Assembly: GCA_951406725.2 (NCBI GenBank)
Contig: OX597820.1
Span: 54,746,001-54,810,000, forward strand
DNA: 64,000 bases
Direction of reading: 5' to 3'
Origin: Octopus vulgaris
Lineage: Eukaryota
Position numbers and translations under genes: made by a program. Numbering within the stretch: the first letter of the stretch is position 1; each line of letters opens with the position of its first letter. A model generated the notes under the pieces. It ran no database searches, had not been told where the DNA came from, and saw only the letters and a list, made by a program, of their open reading frames with translations. Positions 62,401-64,000 of the stretch are shown in pieces.

Positions 62401-64000
62401 TTGTTCTTGTACAGGATGATGATCAAATCAATATTGCACCCCACTCAGTTGAGGGACCTTGTTTTGCAATTGATTGTTGACCTCACCAGTGCTGGTGCCA
62501 TGAAAAAAAGCACCCTGTACTCTCTGTAAAATGGTTGGGATTTGGAAGGGCATTCAGTCATAGAAAGCTTGTCAAAGCAGATATTAGAGCTCAACACAAT
62601 CTTCTGGCTTGTCAGACCCTGTCAAACTATCCAACCCATGACAGTATGGAAAGCAGGTGTTAAATAATGATGATGATGATAAAATATATACACATACACA
62701 CTTTTTCAGGTAGCTGTTGTCATTCATATGCATCTCATACTCATATCTATACAACCCTCTGTTGAGCACACTACAGATGATTCCTCATACATCCAGTTTT
62801 TCTTTCATCTCATTTGTACTCCATTATTCATTTCTTCTTAGCTTTAGCAAATCCTCTGTATTCAAAGCTTATGCCTCACTATCATGCAGCACTGTACTTC
62901 ACACACAATGCTGTATTCAATCTTCCCATAACTGGTTTACATTTAAATCTGTTTCATCATCGCCGTTTAACGTCTGCTTTCCATGCTGGCATGGGTTGGA
63001 TGGTTTGACTGAGGTATAGCAAGCCAGAAGGCTGCACCAGACTCCAATCCGATCTGGCAAAGTTTCTACAGCTTGATGCCCTTCCTAACGCCAACCACTC
63101 CGAGAGTGTAATGGGTGCTTTTTACATGCCACCAGCACAAGGGCCAGTCAGGTGGTACTGGCACTGACCACACTTGAATGATGCTTTTTATGTGCCACCA
63201 GCACAGGGTTATATTTATGAAACATTATAGTCCATGAATTAATCTGCTAATTTTTATACATTTTAACATCCACTTTCCTAGGTCAGAAAGAAATAATAAT
63301 TCAAGTTCACTATCCTTCAGTTAGGTCAACTGCACTATAGATGTCAGTAAAAAAAAGGAGGATCTCCAATAATGTTGCTACATAATATGTGGTGATAACA
63401 TAATATGTGGTGATGCAATGGAGTAAAATAAATGAAGAAGCTTATACCATATGTCATCAGGATTACTAGGTTCACTTGGCACACCAAAAGAAAGGGTGCA
63501 AATTATATATGAACATGCCCTTTTGATTTAGGAGACTTCAATTTGCAGAACATCTAAGCACTGCCATGTCAATCAATAAAGCCAAGAACAAACACTGACA
63601 CGTTGGACTGCATCTTGAAGAATGGTTTTAATAATGACCAATTGTATGTGAGATGCTCAAGTTGGAAGTTTCTATAATCTTGTTATTTATATGATGCCAC
63701 ACGGATTTTTTGTCAGTGAACAGGTCGTGGTCTTAAAGCGACGAAAATATTTTGACAAATTAAACTTAAATGTTGAAGTGAATCGAACGGCTTTTGTGTG
63801 TTTCTTAAATGGCTTACCAACACCTTCCACGCTGCAATTGTTTTCGTTTCAGCACACGATCTCAGATCAAATCATTTGCTATGCAAGTACATCTCTGTTA
63901 TTTATATGTTGGTTGGTAAAATATTAAAAAAAAAAACATTATAGCTCTTGAGGTGCTGACATGACAATGTTCAGAATTCTCAAGGCTACAATGTTACTTA

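Noticed and set aside
63691-63927. 78-aa ATG-initiated ORF
   Set aside because: No recognisable domain or splice partners; it appears to lie in a dispersed repeat.

Overview
AT-rich, repeat-dense eukaryotic DNA. The SINE, RTE and MITE families look like those of octopus (coleoid cephalopod); this is recognition from memory, not a database check. Two convergent spliced genes are present. (1) Methionine aminopeptidase 1 (METAP1, + strand): 12 coding exons reconstructed from 10349 to the stop at 24643, all GT-AG and phase-compatible, with all five metal ligands intact; exon 1 was not found and probably lies upstream of the window. (2) An ankyrin-repeat/SOCS-box (ASB-family) gene on the - strand, with a 1.2 kb terminal coding exon (35012-33803) and candidate upstream exons at 35597-35532 and 49045-48944. 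The rest is transposon debris: a decayed Hsmar1-like mariner, a mariner derivative made of two left ends, a Merlin-like MITE with 8-bp TSD, piggyBac-type MITEs, RTE, R4/Dong-like and Penelope-like fragments, and dozens of SINEs. The most unusual observation is a set of minimal type-I hammerhead ribozyme cores. Two lie inside a 281-bp, about 98% identical direct repeat that brackets the last METAP1 exon, and two more lie inside short palindromes. Every intact intragenic core is antisense to its host gene. Most ORFs in the supplied track are spurious.
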